Below are positions 36,405 to 51,660 of a stretch of 64,000 nt of DNA, one piece after another. A program made the translations under genes and the position numbers. Where the stretch lies: NCBI GenBank assembly GCA_963707915.1, contig OY970178.1:1728001-1792000 (forward strand). The letters run 5' to 3'. The notes under the pieces are model-generated. The model saw only the letters and a list, made by a program, of their open reading frames with translations, had not been told where the DNA came from and ran no database searches. This DNA comes from Candidatus Eiseniibacteriota bacterium. Its GTDB lineage: Bacteria; Eisenbacteria; RBG-16-71-46. How positions within the stretch are numbered: the stretch's first letter is position 1; each line of letters starts with the position of its first letter.

Positions 36405-37517
36405 ATGACCACGCCGAGCCGGACGGTCCCGGGCTTCGTCAACGCCCACACGCACATCTACAGCGCGCTGGCCCCCTACGGCATGCCGCCCGCGGCCCCT
36501 CCCCCCGAGAACTTCGTGCAGATCCTCGAGCGCGTCTGGTGGCGACTCGACCGCGCCCTCGACGAGCGCTCGCTGCGCGCCTCGGCCCGGCTCTATGCCG
36601 CCGAGTCCCTGCTCTACGGCACCACCACGCTCATCGACCACCAGGAGTCGCCCGCCTTCATCGAGGGCTCGCTCGACGTGCTGGCCGAGGCCTGCCAGGA
36701 GTTCGGCATCCGCGCGGTGTTGTGCTACGGCGCGACCGACCGCAACGGCGGCCGCGAGGAGGGCCGCCGCGGGCTGGCCGAGTGCCGCCGGTTCCTCGGC
36801 GCGAACCACCGGCCGCTGGTGCGCGGAGTGGTCGGCCTGCACGCTTCGTTCACCTGTTCGGACGAGACGCTGCACGAGGCCGGCGAGGTGGCGCGCGAGC
36901 TCGACACCGTGGTGCACGTGCACATGGCCGAGGACCGGGCCGACCTCGAGGACGCGCGCAAGCGCGGCTACGAAGGCCCGCTCGAGCGGCTGCTCGCGAC
37001 CGAGGCGCTGCCCCCGGGCTCGATCCTGGCGCACGGCGTGCACCTCGAGCCCTCGCAGGTGCGCATGGCCGAGTCGCAGGGCCTGTGGCTGGTGCAGAAC
37101 CCGCGCTCCAACGAGGGCAACCGCGTGGGCTACGCCTCGTCGTTGTGGGTGAGCGGCAAGGTGGCGCTCGGCACCGACGGCTGGGAGGCCGACATGCCGA
37201 AGGAGTTCGCCGCGCTCGAGCGGCTCAGCGCGGGCAGCGTGCACGAGGAGGTGGATGCCGCCGCGCGCCGGCTGGTGACCGGGCGCGTGCTGGCGGCCGA
37301 GCGCTTCGCCGGGGCGCCGGGCGAGCCCGGGCTCGAGGGCGACCAGGTGGTCTACGCGGCGGGCGACGGCGCGGCGGCCGCGCGGGTGAGCCGCGTGACG
37401 GTGGCCGGGCAGGTGGTGGTGGACCAGGGCCGGCTGGTGCGCGGCGACATCGAGCAGCTGCGCGCCGAGGCCCGCGAAGAGGCGCAGAAGCTCTGGCCGC
37501 GCATGGCGGCGCTGTAG
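36405..37517 (+). CDS. Metal-dependent amidohydrolase (SsnA/TRZ-ATZ-like)
   Basis: PGFVNAHTHIYS, LERVWWRLDRALD, GTTTLIDH, GLHASFT, HVHMAE, AHGVH, NPRSN, LGTDG. Confidence 0.85.
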   Translation: MTTPSRTVPGFVNAHTHIYSALAPYGMPPAAPPPENFVQILERVWWRLDRALDERSLRASARLYAAESLLYGTTTLIDHQESPAFIEGSLDVLAEACQEFGIRAVLCYGATDRNGGREEGRRGLAECRRFLGANHRPLVRGVVGLHASFTCSDETLHEAGEVARELDTVVHVHMAEDRADLEDARKRGYEGPLERLLATEALPPGSILAHGVHLEPSQVRMAESQGLWLVQNPRSNEGNRVGYASSLWVSGKVALGTDGWEADMPKEFAALERLSAGSVHEEVDAAARRLVTGRVLAAERFAGAPGEPGLEGDQVVYAAGDGAAAARVSRVTVAGQVVVDQGRLVRGDIEQLRAEAREEAQKLWPRMAAL

Positions 37518-37629
37518 CGGGTCGCGCCCGGGCGCGGGCCCGGTTCGCAGGCGGGCCCCCGGGCCGTGCGGCCCGGGGGCCCTCGTCTCGCCGGGGCGCC
37601 CGCACGCGGGCGCACGCCGTCCGCGCCGG

Positions 37630-38340
37630 CTACGGGGCGATCAGCTTCACCAGCTTCACCTGGTCGACCCCGACCGCCGTGCCCCGGATCACGAGGCCCA
37701 CGCCGGGCGCGTAGACGTTCCGCTCCCGCGGTCCGCGCTCGAGCGCGGACCAGTCCTCGGTCTCGAGGCAGGCGGTGAACGTCTCGTGCAGCACCATCGC
37801 CCTGGCGTCCAGGTTCCGCACCTCCGCCAGGTCCTCCACCTTGCCGCGGCGGTACCCCTTCCGGTACACCATCCCGACCTCGGGGATCGCCGGCATGACG
37901 ATCCCGGCGGACGCGCTGTCCACGCCCGCCTCCCAGGCCCCCGCGGTGCTCACCACCACGCCGTCGCGCAGGTCCCTGGTGTCCTCGCCCAGGGTCCAGA
38001 CGTTGCCCTTGCGGTCCTGCGTGAACCAGTCGAAGGACTCCTCGACCAGCTTCCCGCCGCGATACGTGCGGTCGCGCACCACCACCGCCGCGACCCCGAG
38101 GACCGTCCGCGTGTCGCGCGTCACGACGACCGTGTCCACCTCGGCCGTCTTGCCGGCGCCGCTCTCGTACACCAGGACCGTGCCCGGCCGCAGCGGGAAG
38201 TACGGGTTGTCCACCACCGAGGTGCAGCCCGCCGGATCGAACGCCGCGACCGGGGGCCCGGGACGGGCGGCCCTGCGCCCGGACGGGGCGGTCGCGGCCA
38301 GGGCGGAGACGATCGCCAGCGACACCAGGAACACGTTCAT
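37630..38340 (-). CDS. Secreted hypothetical protein
   Basis: Signal peptide MNVFLVSLAIVSALAA. Motif-like DNPYFPL.PG, DWFTQD..GNVW..GE, WEAG, YAPGVG. Confidence 0.7.
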   Translation of the reverse strand: MNVFLVSLAIVSALAATAPSGRRAARPGPPVAAFDPAGCTSVVDNPYFPLRPGTVLVYESGAGKTAEVDTVVVTRDTRTVLGVAAVVVRDRTYRGGKLVEESFDWFTQDRKGNVWTLGEDTRDLRDGVVVSTAGAWEAGVDSASAGIVMPAIPEVGMVYRKGYRRGKVEDLAEVRNLDARAMVLHETFTACLETEDWSALERGPRERNVYAPGVGLVIRGTAVGVDQVKLVKLIAP

Positions 38341-38397
38341 GCGTGGCCTCTTTCGTGGCAAGGGAGGAAGTCACCCGGAGCCGCGCGCGGCGGCCGC

Positions 38398-39264
38398 TCA
38401 GACCACCAGCACCGCGTCCAGCCAGCCGAGCAGGTCGCGAACGGCCTGGCCGCGGTCGGGATCGTTGAAGACCTCGTGATAGACACCGGCGTAGGTGATG
38501 AGCCGCACCATGCCGTGCGGCGCGGCGGCATTGAACTCGAGCGCGCCCTTCGGGTCCGCGATGCGGTCCGCCATCCCCTGCAGCATCAGCGTGGGCGCCT
38601 GCAGCCGCCGCGCCTCGCGTTGCACGCGCTGGCGGGCCTCGTTGAACGAGAAGTAGAGCCGCGGGCTGATCCGGTCGTGCACCCGGTGGTCCTGCCGGCG
38701 CAGCGCCAGCACCTCGGGATCGCGCGCCATGCCGCTCTCGTCGAGCCCGTGCGCGAAACCGGCGCCCGGTGCGGTGAAGCGCGCCGCGTGTCCCAGCGCG
38801 AGCTTCCACCACGGCGGCATCCCGATGCGCAGGCCGGGCGACGACGCCACCGCGGCCACGATCGTGCGAGGGTGGGCGATCGCGTAGTCCAGCGCCAGCA
38901 CGCCGCCCAGGCTGTGCCCGAACAGCACGTGCGGGAGGTCCATGGGCTGGCCGGGCAGCCCGCGCAGGGCGGTGAACATGGCCGGCACGACCTGCTCGCG
39001 CAACTGCGTCCACGAGGTCACGTCGCCCCGCCGGCCGGGCGCCTCGCCGTGCCCCGGCAGGTCGAGCGCGGCGACGCTGAAGCGCGCCTGCACCAGGTCG
39101 GCGGCGAGCGCGGCGTAGCGCCCGCAGTGCTCGCCCAGCCCGTGGGCGATGGCGACCAGGGCGCGCGGCCGCTCGGCGCACCAGACGCGTCCGGGCAGCA
39201 TCAACCCGTGCTCGAGACGCACCTCGATCAGGTTCGCGGGAACACCGCCGGCGCCGGGGTTCAC
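38398..39264 (-). CDS. Alpha/beta hydrolase (lysophospholipase/monoacylglycerol lipase-like)
   Basis: HGLGEH, DLPGHG, GHSLGG nucleophile elbow, D and YHE catalytic residues. Start uncertain. Confidence 0.85.
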   Translation of the reverse strand: MNPGAGGVPANLIEVRLEHGLMLPGRVWCAERPRALVAIAHGLGEHCGRYAALAADLVQARFSVAALDLPGHGEAPGRRGDVTSWTQLREQVVPAMFTALRGLPGQPMDLPHVLFGHSLGGVLALDYAIAHPRTIVAAVASSPGLRIGMPPWWKLALGHAARFTAPGAGFAHGLDESGMARDPEVLALRRQDHRVHDRISPRLYFSFNEARQRVQREARRLQAPTLMLQGMADRIADPKGALEFNAAAPHGMVRLITYAGVYHEVFNDPDRGQAVRDLLGWLDAVLVV

Positions 39265-39426
39265 GGTCGCGGCGCTCCGGCACGACGGTCCATGCCGATC
39301 TCGTCCATGTCGCCGGTATCCTAGTCGCATGGCGGCCGCGCCGCCAGCTTTCCAAGCCGGTCCGGGCGCGCTAGGCTGGGTGCTCGATTATCGCGTGCGC
39401 CGACCCTCCTCCCACTCGGGATCCCC

Positions 39427-40791
39427 ATGTCGCCTGACGATCCGAAGGACCCACCCCGCCCCGGGCGCATCATCCTGCCCGGCTCCGAGTCCGTCCCGCC
39501 CGCCGAGGCGCCGCGCCTGGTGATCCCGCCGGGCGTCTCGATCGACGAACCCGACGACCTGCCCGAGTTCCCACGCCTGCGCCCGCTGATGTTGATGCCG
39601 GTCAAGGACCAGGGCCGCGAGCTGCTGATCGTGAGCGACCCGCTCGGCGTGATCCCCGGCCAGCCGGTGCTGGGCATCGAGGCCCTCGGCATCCTGCAGC
39701 TGCTCGACGGCAGCGTCTCGGTGAACGACATCACCGCCGCGCTGATGCGTGAGAGCAAGGACATCCGCATTGGCCAGATGGTGCGCGGGTTCATCCGCCA
39801 GCTCGACGACCTGCTGATGCTCGACTCGCCGAAGTTCCACGCGGCGTGGCGCGAGCTGCGCGAGGCCTACCACCCGCTCGAGGTCCGCCCCGCCGCGCTC
39901 GAGGGCCACTCCTATCCCGCCGAGCGCGAGGCGCTCGAGGCCTTCCTCGACTCGAACTTCGCCCAGGCGGAGAAGCTGCGCGCCGCGGCCGGTGAGCCGG
40001 TGGCGTCGGCCGGCGCGCGACCGCGCGCCCTGCTCGCCCCGCATCTGGACCCGCGCCGCGCCGGGGCGACCATCGCGCGCGCCTACCTCGAGCTCGGACC
40101 CGAACAGGACGGCCCGCTGCGCGTCGTGGTCCTCGGCACCGGGCACTCGCTCCAGGGCGACCTGTTCGGCCTGACGCGCAAGCACTACCAGACCCCGCTC
40201 GGGAAGCTGGAGTGCGACACCGCGTTCGTGGACACCGTGGCGGCGGCGCTGGGCGAGGACCCGTACCACGCCGAGCTGGCCCACCGCGACGAACACTCGA
40301 TCGAATTCCAGGCGCTCTACCTGCAGCGCCGCCTCGGCTCGCGGCCCGTGAAGATCGTGCCCATCCTGTGCGGCGGCTTCGGTGCGCTGCTCGACCAGGG
40401 GATCGCGGCGCGCGAGGACGAGCAGGTCGAGCGCCTGGTCGCCGCGCTGCGGGACGCCGAGCGCAGGCACGGTGGGGCGACCGTCTACGTGGGCGCCATC
40501 GACCTGTCGCACGTCGGCCCGCGCTTCGGCGAACCGAAGCTCGACGAGCGCACCCGGGCGGAGGTCGAGGAGAAGGACCGCGCCGCGCTCGCCGCGGCCG
40601 GGCAGGGCGACGCCGAGGGCTGGTTCCAGGCCATCGCCGCACACGACGATTCCACGCACATCTGCGGCTTCGCGCCCACCTACCTGGTGCTGCGCGCCTG
40701 CGGGCCCGGCCCGGGCCGGCTGCTGCGCTACCAGCAGTCGGACGAGCCCGACGGTTCGATGGTCAGCACCGCCGCGATGGTGTGGCCGTAG
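39427..40791 (+). CDS. MEMO1/AmrB-family protein with a long N-terminal extension
   Basis: RPAALEGHSYP, APHLD, GTGH, EHSIEFQ, DLSHVG, ICG. The N-terminus has an LDGSVSVNDI-type helical domain. Confidence 0.82.
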   Translation: MSPDDPKDPPRPGRIILPGSESVPPAEAPRLVIPPGVSIDEPDDLPEFPRLRPLMLMPVKDQGRELLIVSDPLGVIPGQPVLGIEALGILQLLDGSVSVNDITAALMRESKDIRIGQMVRGFIRQLDDLLMLDSPKFHAAWRELREAYHPLEVRPAALEGHSYPAEREALEAFLDSNFAQAEKLRAAAGEPVASAGARPRALLAPHLDPRRAGATIARAYLELGPEQDGPLRVVVLGTGHSLQGDLFGLTRKHYQTPLGKLECDTAFVDTVAAALGEDPYHAELAHRDEHSIEFQALYLQRRLGSRPVKIVPILCGGFGALLDQGIAAREDEQVERLVAALRDAERRHGGATVYVGAIDLSHVGPRFGEPKLDERTRAEVEEKDRAALAAAGQGDAEGWFQAIAAHDDSTHICGFAPTYLVLRACGPGPGRLLRYQQSDEPDGSMVSTAAMVWP

Positions 40792-40801
40792 GCGCCGCCC
40801 G

Positions 40802-44517
<3,716 letters not shown>

Positions 44518-44575
44518 TGCCCGCCCCGATCCACCCGCTTCCGTGCCGGCGACGCCGACCGGCCAGGACCTGACC

Positions 44576-46423
44576 ATGCCCGCCCTCACCAATCCGGACG
44601 TCGCGCACCTGCTCGGCACGCTCGCCACGATGCTGGAGATCGACGGCGCGAACCCGTTCCGCACCCGGGCCTACCGGGAGGCGGCGCGCATCGTCGAGGC
44701 GCTGCCCGAGCCGGTGGCGCGGCTGGCCGGCGAGGCGGGCGCGCTCGAGGCGCTGCCCGGCATCGGCAAGGACCTGGCGCAGAAGATCCGCGACCTGCTC
44801 GCCACCGGCACGACCGCGCTCTACGACGAGCTGCTGCGGAAGTACCCGCTCGAACTGGTGCGCCTGACCGAGCTGCAGGGGCTGGGCGCGAAGCGCGTGC
44901 GCGCGCTCCACGACGCGCTCCACATCCGCGACCGCGCGGGGCTCGAGGCCGCGGCCAAGGCCGGGCAACTGCGCGGGCTGCCGGGCTTCGGCGAGAAGCT
45001 CGAGCAGAAGGTGCTGCACTCGCTCGCGATCGCCGAGCAGGTCTCCGGCCGCCTGCTGCTGGCGAACGCCTGGGCCGTGGCGCATGGGCTCGCCGAACGG
45101 CTGCGCGCGGTGCCGCGCGTGACGCGCGTCGAGCTGGCGGGCTCCTTCCGCCGGCGACGCGACACCGTCGGCGATCTCGACCTGCTGGTCTGCGGCGGCG
45201 AGGTCGAGCCGGTGATGGACGCCTTCACGACGCACGACCAGGTCGCCGAGGTGCTGGCCCGCGGCGCGACGCGCTCCGCGGTGCGGCTCGCCAGCGGCCT
45301 GCAGGTGGACCTGCGGCTGGTGCCCGCCGAGTCGTTCGGCGCCGCGCTGCTCTACTTCACCGGCAGCAAGGAGCACAACATCGAGCTGCGGCGCGTGGCC
45401 AACGGCCAGGGACTGACGCTGAACGAGTACGGGCTGGCGCGCGAGCGGGACGGCAAGGCGGTCGCGGGTCGCACCGAGGAGGAGATCTACCGCGCGCTGG
45501 GCATGGACTGGATCCCGCCCGAGCTGCGCGAGGCGCGCGGCGAGATCTCGCTGGCGCGGGAAGGGCGGCTCCCGCGGCTGGTCGAGCAGGACGACCTGCG
45601 CGGCGACCTGCACATGCACACCACCCGCAGCGACGGGCGCCACACGCTGGCGGAGATGGTGCGGGCGGCGCAGGACCGCGGCTACGCCTATGTCGCCATC
45701 ACCGAGCACTCGAAGTCGCTGGCCATGGCGGGCGGCTTCGACGAGGCGCGGGTGCGCCGGTCGGTGGCCGAGATCGCGGCGGTGCGGCGCGAGGTGCCGG
45801 GCATCGAGGTGCTGCACGGGCTCGAGGTGGACATCCTCGCCGACGGCGCGCTGGACCTCGACGACGACGCGCTCGACCTGCTCGACTGGGTCGTCGTCTC
45901 GCTGCACTCGCGGCTCGACCAGCCGGCCGAGGCCGCGACCGCGCGCGTGCTCCGGGCGCTCGAGCACCCGGCGGTGTGCGCGATGGGACACCCGACCGGG
46001 CGCATGATCGGCACGCGGCCGGCGTCGGCCTTCGACATGGAGCGCGTGCTCGAGCGCGCGGCCGCGCTGGGCGTGGCGATGGAGATCAACTGCCAGCCCG
46101 ACCGCATGGACCTCTCCGACGTGGACGCGCGGCTCGCGCGCGAGAAGGGCGTCACGCTGGTGATCGACACCGACGCCCACAGCGTCGCGAACCTCGACCT
46201 GATGCGCTACGGCGTGTTCGTGGCGCGGCGCGCGGGGCTCACCCGGGACGACGTGCTGAACGCCTGGCCGGTCGAGCGCATGCGCAGGGCGCTGCGCAAG
46301 GGCCGCGGCGGCGCGGCCCGGGCCACGACGCCGGCGAAGGCGGCGGCCCCGGAGCGCGCGAAGCCGCCGGCCAGGACGCCCGCGAAGCGCGCGGCAAGAC
46401 CGAAACCCGCGAAGCCGCGATGA
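44576..46423 (+). CDS. polX: DNA polymerase X with PHP 3'-5' exonuclease domain
   Basis: [39 protein letters not shown] motifs DLHMHT, TEHS, GHPTGR, DAH. Basic C-terminal tail. Confidence 0.95.
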   Translation: MPALTNPDVAHLLGTLATMLEIDGANPFRTRAYREAARIVEALPEPVARLAGEAGALEALPGIGKDLAQKIRDLLATGTTALYDELLRKYPLELVRLTELQGLGAKRVRALHDALHIRDRAGLEAAAKAGQLRGLPGFGEKLEQKVLHSLAIAEQVSGRLLLANAWAVAHGLAERLRAVPRVTRVELAGSFRRRRDTVGDLDLLVCGGEVEPVMDAFTTHDQVAEVLARGATRSAVRLASGLQVDLRLVPAESFGAALLYFTGSKEHNIELRRVANGQGLTLNEYGLARERDGKAVAGRTEEEIYRALGMDWIPPELREARGEISLAREGRLPRLVEQDDLRGDLHMHTTRSDGRHTLAEMVRAAQDRGYAYVAITEHSKSLAMAGGFDEARVRRSVAEIAAVRREVPGIEVLHGLEVDILADGALDLDDDALDLLDWVVVSLHSRLDQPAEAATARVLRALEHPAVCAMGHPTGRMIGTRPASAFDMERVLERAAALGVAMEINCQPDRMDLSDVDARLAREKGVTLVIDTDAHSVANLDLMRYGVFVARRAGLTRDDVLNAWPVERMRRALRKGRGGAARATTPAKAAAPERAKPPARTPAKRAARPKPAKPR

Positions 46424-46584
46424 GCGCCGCCGGCGCCCGGGCGTTCACCCGCCCCGCGCGCCGCGGGTCGCGCTGAGTCGGCCGCGTCCGCCTCGGCCGC
46501 TGCGCTCCGCGCGCCAGGCGACAGGGCCGGCCCGGGCCCGCGGGGCCCGGCCCACGGGGTCCCGCCGGCCGTCCGACACGCGGG

Positions 46585-46611
46585 TCAAGTCGAACCGATG
46601 CTTGCCGATAC
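46585..46611 (+). promoter_or_regulatory. Sigma28 (FliA)-like promoter for the hybrid kinase and GspE-REC genes
   Basis: TCAAG-N14-GCCGATAC. Confidence 0.65.
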
Positions 46612-46685
46612 CCCTTCCAGAGGTGCTGTCCCCGGGCCTGGCAGGCCGCCTTTCTCGTTTCCATCGATTCCCGACACAGGACGGT

Positions 46686-49406
46686 ATGACCCTTCGCGGT
46701 CCGTTCGCTCGCGTGCGCGCCTGGCGTCCCAGCCTGCGGCTCGTCGACCCTCCGTGGGTCGCGGGGCCGGCCAGCATGGATCCGTCCGTGGGAGTGTCCG
46801 CCGCGTGGCGGAGCCTCGCCCGGCGCGGCCGGATCGGCGCTCCGCTCTACGCCCCGCTCTGCCTGGTCACCGCCGCCACGACCGGGATGCTCGCGACCCA
46901 CCTGACCCTCGTGGTCGGCTTCACGGCCGCGCTGGCCCTGGCCGGCGCCTGGAAGGTCCGGCTCGGCCGGATGGTCGAGCACCCGCACGACGCGATTCCG
47001 GCCGCGTGGCGCTGGGCGTTCACCGGTGCCACGATGGCGCAGGCCCTGCTCTGGGGCGGCTTCGCCGCGTTCGTCCTCGGGTACGACCGGTCGGGCGGTC
47101 ACGGGCTGATCGCCTGGCTCCCCACCATCGGGTTGTGCGCGAGCGCGATGACCTCGATGGCCGCCAGCCCGGTGATCTTCCGGCTGTTCCTGGCGTGCGC
47201 GCTGGGCCCGCCGCTGGTAACCGTGCTGGCCCCGGGCACGCAGCTGGGCCTCGGCTTCGGCGCGATGATCGTGCTCTTCATCGGCTTCATCGTGCTCGAG
47301 GGGAACCACCAGGGCCGGTCGTTCCGGCGGGCGATGATCAAGAACTTCCTGCTCGAGCAGCACGCCGCCGACCTCAAGGAGGCGCACCGCAGCGCCGAGC
47401 AGGCGCGCCGCGACGCCGAGGACGCGAACCGCCTCAAGTCCGAGTTCATCGCCAACGTGAGCCACGAGATCCGCACGCCGATGAACGGCGTGATCGGGAT
47501 GACCAGCCTGCTGCTCGACACCGCGCTGAACCCCGAGCAGCGCTCGCACGCCCTCGTCATCCGCAGCAGCGCCGACTCCCTGCTGGGCATCATCAACGAG
47601 ATCCTCGACTACTCGAAGCTCGGGGCCGGGCACGTGAACATCGAGGTCACGGACTTCGACGTGCGCGAGACGATGGACGAGGCCGCCGACCTGCTCGCGG
47701 CCCAGGCCCACGTCAAGGGCCTCGGCTTCGCGTGCCGCGTCCCGCCCGGCAGCCCGACGCAGCTGCGCGGCGACCCGAGCCGCATCCGCCAGGTCCTGGT
47801 GAACCTGATCGGCAACGCCATCAAGTTCACCGACACGGGCGAGGTGGTCATCGCGGTGCAGCCGGTGGCGCAGGAGACCGGCGCGGTCACGCTCCGGTTC
47901 ACCGTGCGCGACACCGGCATCGGGATCCCGCCGGAGCGCCAGGCCGCCGTCTTCGAGAGCTTCATCCAGGCCGACGGGAGTACGACGCGCCGGTACGGCG
48001 GCACCGGTCTCGGGCTCACCATCTCGCGCCAGCTCGTCGAGCTGATGGGCGGACGCATCGGGGTCGAGAGCGAGCCCGGGCGGGGCAGCACGTTCTGGTT
48101 CGAGCTGACGCTCGAGCGGACGGCCGCCTCCAGCCAGCCGGCCGCGGCGGACCACGACGGCCTGGCGGGACTGCCGGTCCTGGTGGTCTGCGCGCGCGCG
48201 ACCCAGCGGGAGATCATGGCGGAGACGCTCGCGTCCTGGGGCTGCCGGCCGATCGAGGCCTCGTCCTGCGAGGCGGGGTTGAGCATCCTGCGCGACAGCC
48301 GGGACGGGGACTCCGTCCGCCTCGTCCTGCTCGACCCGGGCGCGCGCGGGCTCGAGGGCGGGCACGCCCTCTCCGCGATCCGCTCCGACCGGCGGTTCAC
48401 CGCGCTCCCGATCGTCCTGCTGCTTCCCATCGGGACGTCGGGCGGCGACGAGGTCGCGCGGAGCCGCCAGTTCGCCGCCGTGCTTCCCGCGCCGGTGCGG
48501 CAGTCGCGGCTGCTCGAGGCGGTGCGGGCCGCGGTCGGCGTGGGCGCGCCCGCCACCGGCCCTCGCGCGGGGTCCGCGGGCGAGAATCCGCGGTCCCGGT
48601 TCCTCGGCTGCCGCGCGCTGCTGGCGGAGGACAACCAGGTCAACCAGCGCGTCGCGCTCGGCATGCTGGAGCGGCTGGGCGTGCGGGCGGACGCGGTCGC
48701 CAACGGCACCGAGGCGCTCGCCGCCCTCGACCTGGTGAACTACGACCTGGTGCTGATGGACGTGCAGATGCCGGAGATGGACGGCTTCGAGGCCACCGCC
48801 GTCATCCGCGAACGCGAGCGCGGCGGCGACCGGCGGCTCCCGATCATCGCCCTGACCGCCCACGTCATGCAGGACTACCGCGAGCGCTGCCTCGCCGCCG
48901 GGATGGACGACCACCTGCCGAAGCCGATCGAGCCGCGGCGGCTCGAGGAGGTCCTGCTGCGCTGGGCCCCCGAGCGGTCGGCGCGCGCGACTCCGCGGCC
49001 CGCGACCGCCGCGCCCGCCGAGGCGCCCGCCCCGTCGGAGGACACGGCGGAGGGCGAGTTCCCGGATCTCGACCTGGAGCGTCTCCAGTCCCTGACCGAT
49101 GGCGAGCCCGCACTGGAGCAGGAGCTGCTGACCCTGTTCGTCGAGAGCGCCCGCGAGACGCTGGCGGAACTGCGGGCCGCCCTCGAGGCCGGCGACGCCC
49201 GGCTCCTGAGCGCGAGCGCCCACGCCCTCAAGGGCAGCAGCCGCACCGTCGGGGCCGTCGAGCTCGGCGAGGTGGCCTGCGAGCTGGAACGACTGGGTGA
49301 CACCTCCGATTTCGCATCCGCATACGGAGCGCTCCTGAGCGCGGACGCAGCGTTCGAGCGAGTGGCGGCGACCATCAACGCGCGGCACCTCAAGCAGGCC
49401 GCCTGA
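46686..49406 (+). CDS. Membrane hybrid histidine kinase, paralog of 13823..16567
   Basis: [10 protein letters not shown] shared with the paralog; [32 protein letters not shown]. Start chosen at ATG 46686 downstream of the promoter. Confidence 0.9.
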   Translation: MTLRGPFARVRAWRPSLRLVDPPWVAGPASMDPSVGVSAAWRSLARRGRIGAPLYAPLCLVTAATTGMLATHLTLVVGFTAALALAGAWKVRLGRMVEHPHDAIPAAWRWAFTGATMAQALLWGGFAAFVLGYDRSGGHGLIAWLPTIGLCASAMTSMAASPVIFRLFLACALGPPLVTVLAPGTQLGLGFGAMIVLFIGFIVLEGNHQGRSFRRAMIKNFLLEQHAADLKEAHRSAEQARRDAEDANRLKSEFIANVSHEIRTPMNGVIGMTSLLLDTALNPEQRSHALVIRSSADSLLGIINEILDYSKLGAGHVNIEVTDFDVRETMDEAADLLAAQAHVKGLGFACRVPPGSPTQLRGDPSRIRQVLVNLIGNAIKFTDTGEVVIAVQPVAQETGAVTLRFTVRDTGIGIPPERQAAVFESFIQADGSTTRRYGGTGLGLTISRQLVELMGGRIGVESEPGRGSTFWFELTLERTAASSQPAAADHDGLAGLPVLVVCARATQREIMAETLASWGCRPIEASSCEAGLSILRDSRDGDSVRLVLLDPGARGLEGGHALSAIRSDRRFTALPIVLLLPIGTSGGDEVARSRQFAAVLPAPVRQSRLLEAVRAAVGVGAPATGPRAGSAGENPRSRFLGCRALLAEDNQVNQRVALGMLERLGVRADAVANGTEALAALDLVNYDLVLMDVQMPEMDGFEATAVIRERERGGDRRLPIIALTAHVMQDYRERCLAAGMDDHLPKPIEPRRLEEVLLRWAPERSARATPRPATAAPAEAPAPSEDTAEGEFPDLDLERLQSLTDGEPALEQELLTLFVESARETLAELRAALEAGDARLLSASAHALKGSSRTVGAVELGEVACELERLGDTSDFASAYGALLSADAAFERVAATINARHLKQAA

Positions 49407-49419
49407 AAGCGAGCACCCG

Positions 49420-51660
49420 ATGAACCCGACCCGCAACGACCTGGCGAGCACGAACGCGGCCCCGAATGGACACTGGCTGTCCGACGTCGTGACCCGGCAG
49501 CGGCTGGCCCCGCCCGGCGCCCTGCAGCTCCTGCCCGGAGACGACCTCGAGGCCTGCTGGGCCGCGGCGGCGCGCGCGTCCGGGATCAGCCAGGACGAGC
49601 TCGCGATCCACGTCGCGACGCACTTCGGCCTCGCCGCGGCGTCGCTCGCGTCCGCGGACCCGCGGACCGTGCGCCTGCTGCCGGAGCCGCTGATGCGGCG
49701 CCACCACGTGTTTCCGCTGCGGGAGGACGATCGCGAGCTGGTGGTCGCGGTCGCGGACCCCACGAACATGTCGGTCGAGGACGACGTGGCCTTCTCGTCG
49801 GACCGCAGGCCGGTGCTCGAGATCGCGCCCCCCCTGGCGATCCTCGAGGCCATCCGCAGCCTGATGGCGCCGGCCGATGGCATGGCGATGGACGTCGGCA
49901 ACGGGGCCGAGGCGGCGGTCGAGCTCCTGGAAGAGGCCTCCGTCGAGGTCGTGGACGCGCAGGAGGCCGAGTTCGCGCCGGTCATCAAGCTCACCAACCT
50001 GATGCTGCGGTCGGCGGTGGATCGGCGCGCGAGCGACGTGCACGTCGAGATCGTCGGGCGCGAGGGCCTGGTGCGCTTCCGCGTGGACGGCGTGCTGCAC
50101 AACTACATGCGGATGCCCCTCCCGGCGCTCAACCGCGTGCTCTCGCGCATCAAGATCATGGGCAAGCTCGACATCGCGGACCGCCTCCACCCGCAGGACG
50201 GGCGCGCCAGCATCAGCGTCAACGGCTCGGTCTGCGACCTGCGCATCTCGACCGTGCCCACGCGTCTCACCGAGAAAGCCGTGATCCGGCTCCTGCCGCA
50301 GGGCACCGCACCGAGACTTCCCGACCTCGGCCTGCCGGAGGACCAACTGCTCGCGATCCGCGCGCTGGTCTCCAACCGCAACGGCATCGTGCTGGTCACG
50401 GGCCCGACCGGCTCCGGCAAGACCACCACGCTCTACGCGGCGATCCGGGAGCTCTCGACCGGCCAGCAGAACATCATGACGGTCGAGGACCCGATCGAGT
50501 ACGACCTGCCGGGGATCACCCAGGTCCAGGTGGAGCCCAGGCAGGGCTTGACCTTCGCCTCCGCCCTGCGCAGCCTGCTTCGGCAGGACCCCGACGTCAT
50601 CCTGGTCGGCGAGATCCGCGACCTCGAGACCGCCGAGGTGGCGGTGCAGGCGAGCATGACCGGGCACCTGGTGCTGGCCACGCTGCACACCAACGACGCC
50701 CCGGCGGCGATCCAGCGGCTGCTCGACCTCGGGCTGGACCGCTCGAGCGTCGCCGCGACGCTGCGCGGTGTCATCTCCCAGCGGCTGGTGCGGCGCGTCT
50801 GCCCGGCCTGCGCCCAGCCGGTGGACGGCGCCCTGAACGCCGGCGAGCGACGCCTGGCGGAGCTGAGCGGCGCGGAACCGGTGGTGCGGGCCGTCGGGTG
50901 CCAGAGCTGCACGAAGTCCGGCTACCGTGGACGGATGCCGGTCGTGGAAGTGCTCACGATGACGTCCCCGCTGACCGCGCTGGTCTCCCACGGGGCCACC
51001 CTCGACGAGCTGCAACTCGGCGCCCGCAAGGCCGGCCTGGTCACCCTGTGCGAGGCGGCCCTGGTCCGCGCACGCGCGGGCGAGACCACGCTCGAGGAGA
51101 TCGACCGGGTCATCGGGTTCCCGCCGGCGCCGGAGCGGCCCGCCGCGGGGCCGGCACCGGCCGCGGCGCCCGCCCCCGCCGCGCTCGCGGCGGTGCCGCC
51201 CCCGCCTGCCGTTCCGGCCGTCCGCGGGGCCGTGGCGACGCCGGCGGTGGCCGCCACGGCCGCCGCGATGCCGGTCGTCGCGGTGCGGCCGCTGATCCTG
51301 ATGGTGGACGACGACCTCGTGAACCGGCGGGTCGCGCGCGTGTCCATGGAGAAGAGCGGCTTCCGCGTGGAGGAGAGCGTGGACGGCGTGGAGGCGGTCG
51401 AGCGCCTGAAGCGGGAGCCGCCGCCCGAACTCGTCGTCCTCGACCTGCAGATGCCGAGGATGGGCGGAGCCGATGTCCTGGACTGGATGCGGAAGACCCC
51501 CGCCACGGCCTCGATCCCGGTGATCGTCTTCACCGCGATGGGGGCCGACAACGAGGCCCAGCTGATGGACGCCGGCGCCGACGACTACGTGCGCAAACCG
51601 CTCGACCCGCCGCGCTTCATCTCGCGGATCAAGGCCGCGCTCAGGCGCCGGACCTACTAG
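49420..51660 (+). CDS. GspE/PilB-family secretion ATPase with a C-terminal receiver domain
   Basis: ASDVH, PQDGR, GPTGSGKTTT, TVEDPIE, RQDPDVILVGEIRD, TLHTN, CPAC/CQSC, Pro/Ala linker, REC (VDDD, LDLQMP, KP). Confidence 0.92.
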   Translation: MNPTRNDLASTNAAPNGHWLSDVVTRQRLAPPGALQLLPGDDLEACWAAAARASGISQDELAIHVATHFGLAAASLASADPRTVRLLPEPLMRRHHVFPLREDDRELVVAVADPTNMSVEDDVAFSSDRRPVLEIAPPLAILEAIRSLMAPADGMAMDVGNGAEAAVELLEEASVEVVDAQEAEFAPVIKLTNLMLRSAVDRRASDVHVEIVGREGLVRFRVDGVLHNYMRMPLPALNRVLSRIKIMGKLDIADRLHPQDGRASISVNGSVCDLRISTVPTRLTEKAVIRLLPQGTAPRLPDLGLPEDQLLAIRALVSNRNGIVLVTGPTGSGKTTTLYAAIRELSTGQQNIMTVEDPIEYDLPGITQVQVEPRQGLTFASALRSLLRQDPDVILVGEIRDLETAEVAVQASMTGHLVLATLHTNDAPAAIQRLLDLGLDRSSVAATLRGVISQRLVRRVCPACAQPVDGALNAGERRLAELSGAEPVVRAVGCQSCTKSGYRGRMPVVEVLTMTSPLTALVSHGATLDELQLGARKAGLVTLCEAALVRARAGETTLEEIDRVIGFPPAPERPAAGPAPAAAPAPAALAAVPPPPAVPAVRGAVATPAVAATAAAMPVVAVRPLILMVDDDLVNRRVARVSMEKSGFRVEESVDGVEAVERLKREPPPELVVLDLQMPRMGGADVLDWMRKTPATASIPVIVFTAMGADNEAQLMDAGADDYVRKPLDPPRFISRIKAALRRRTY

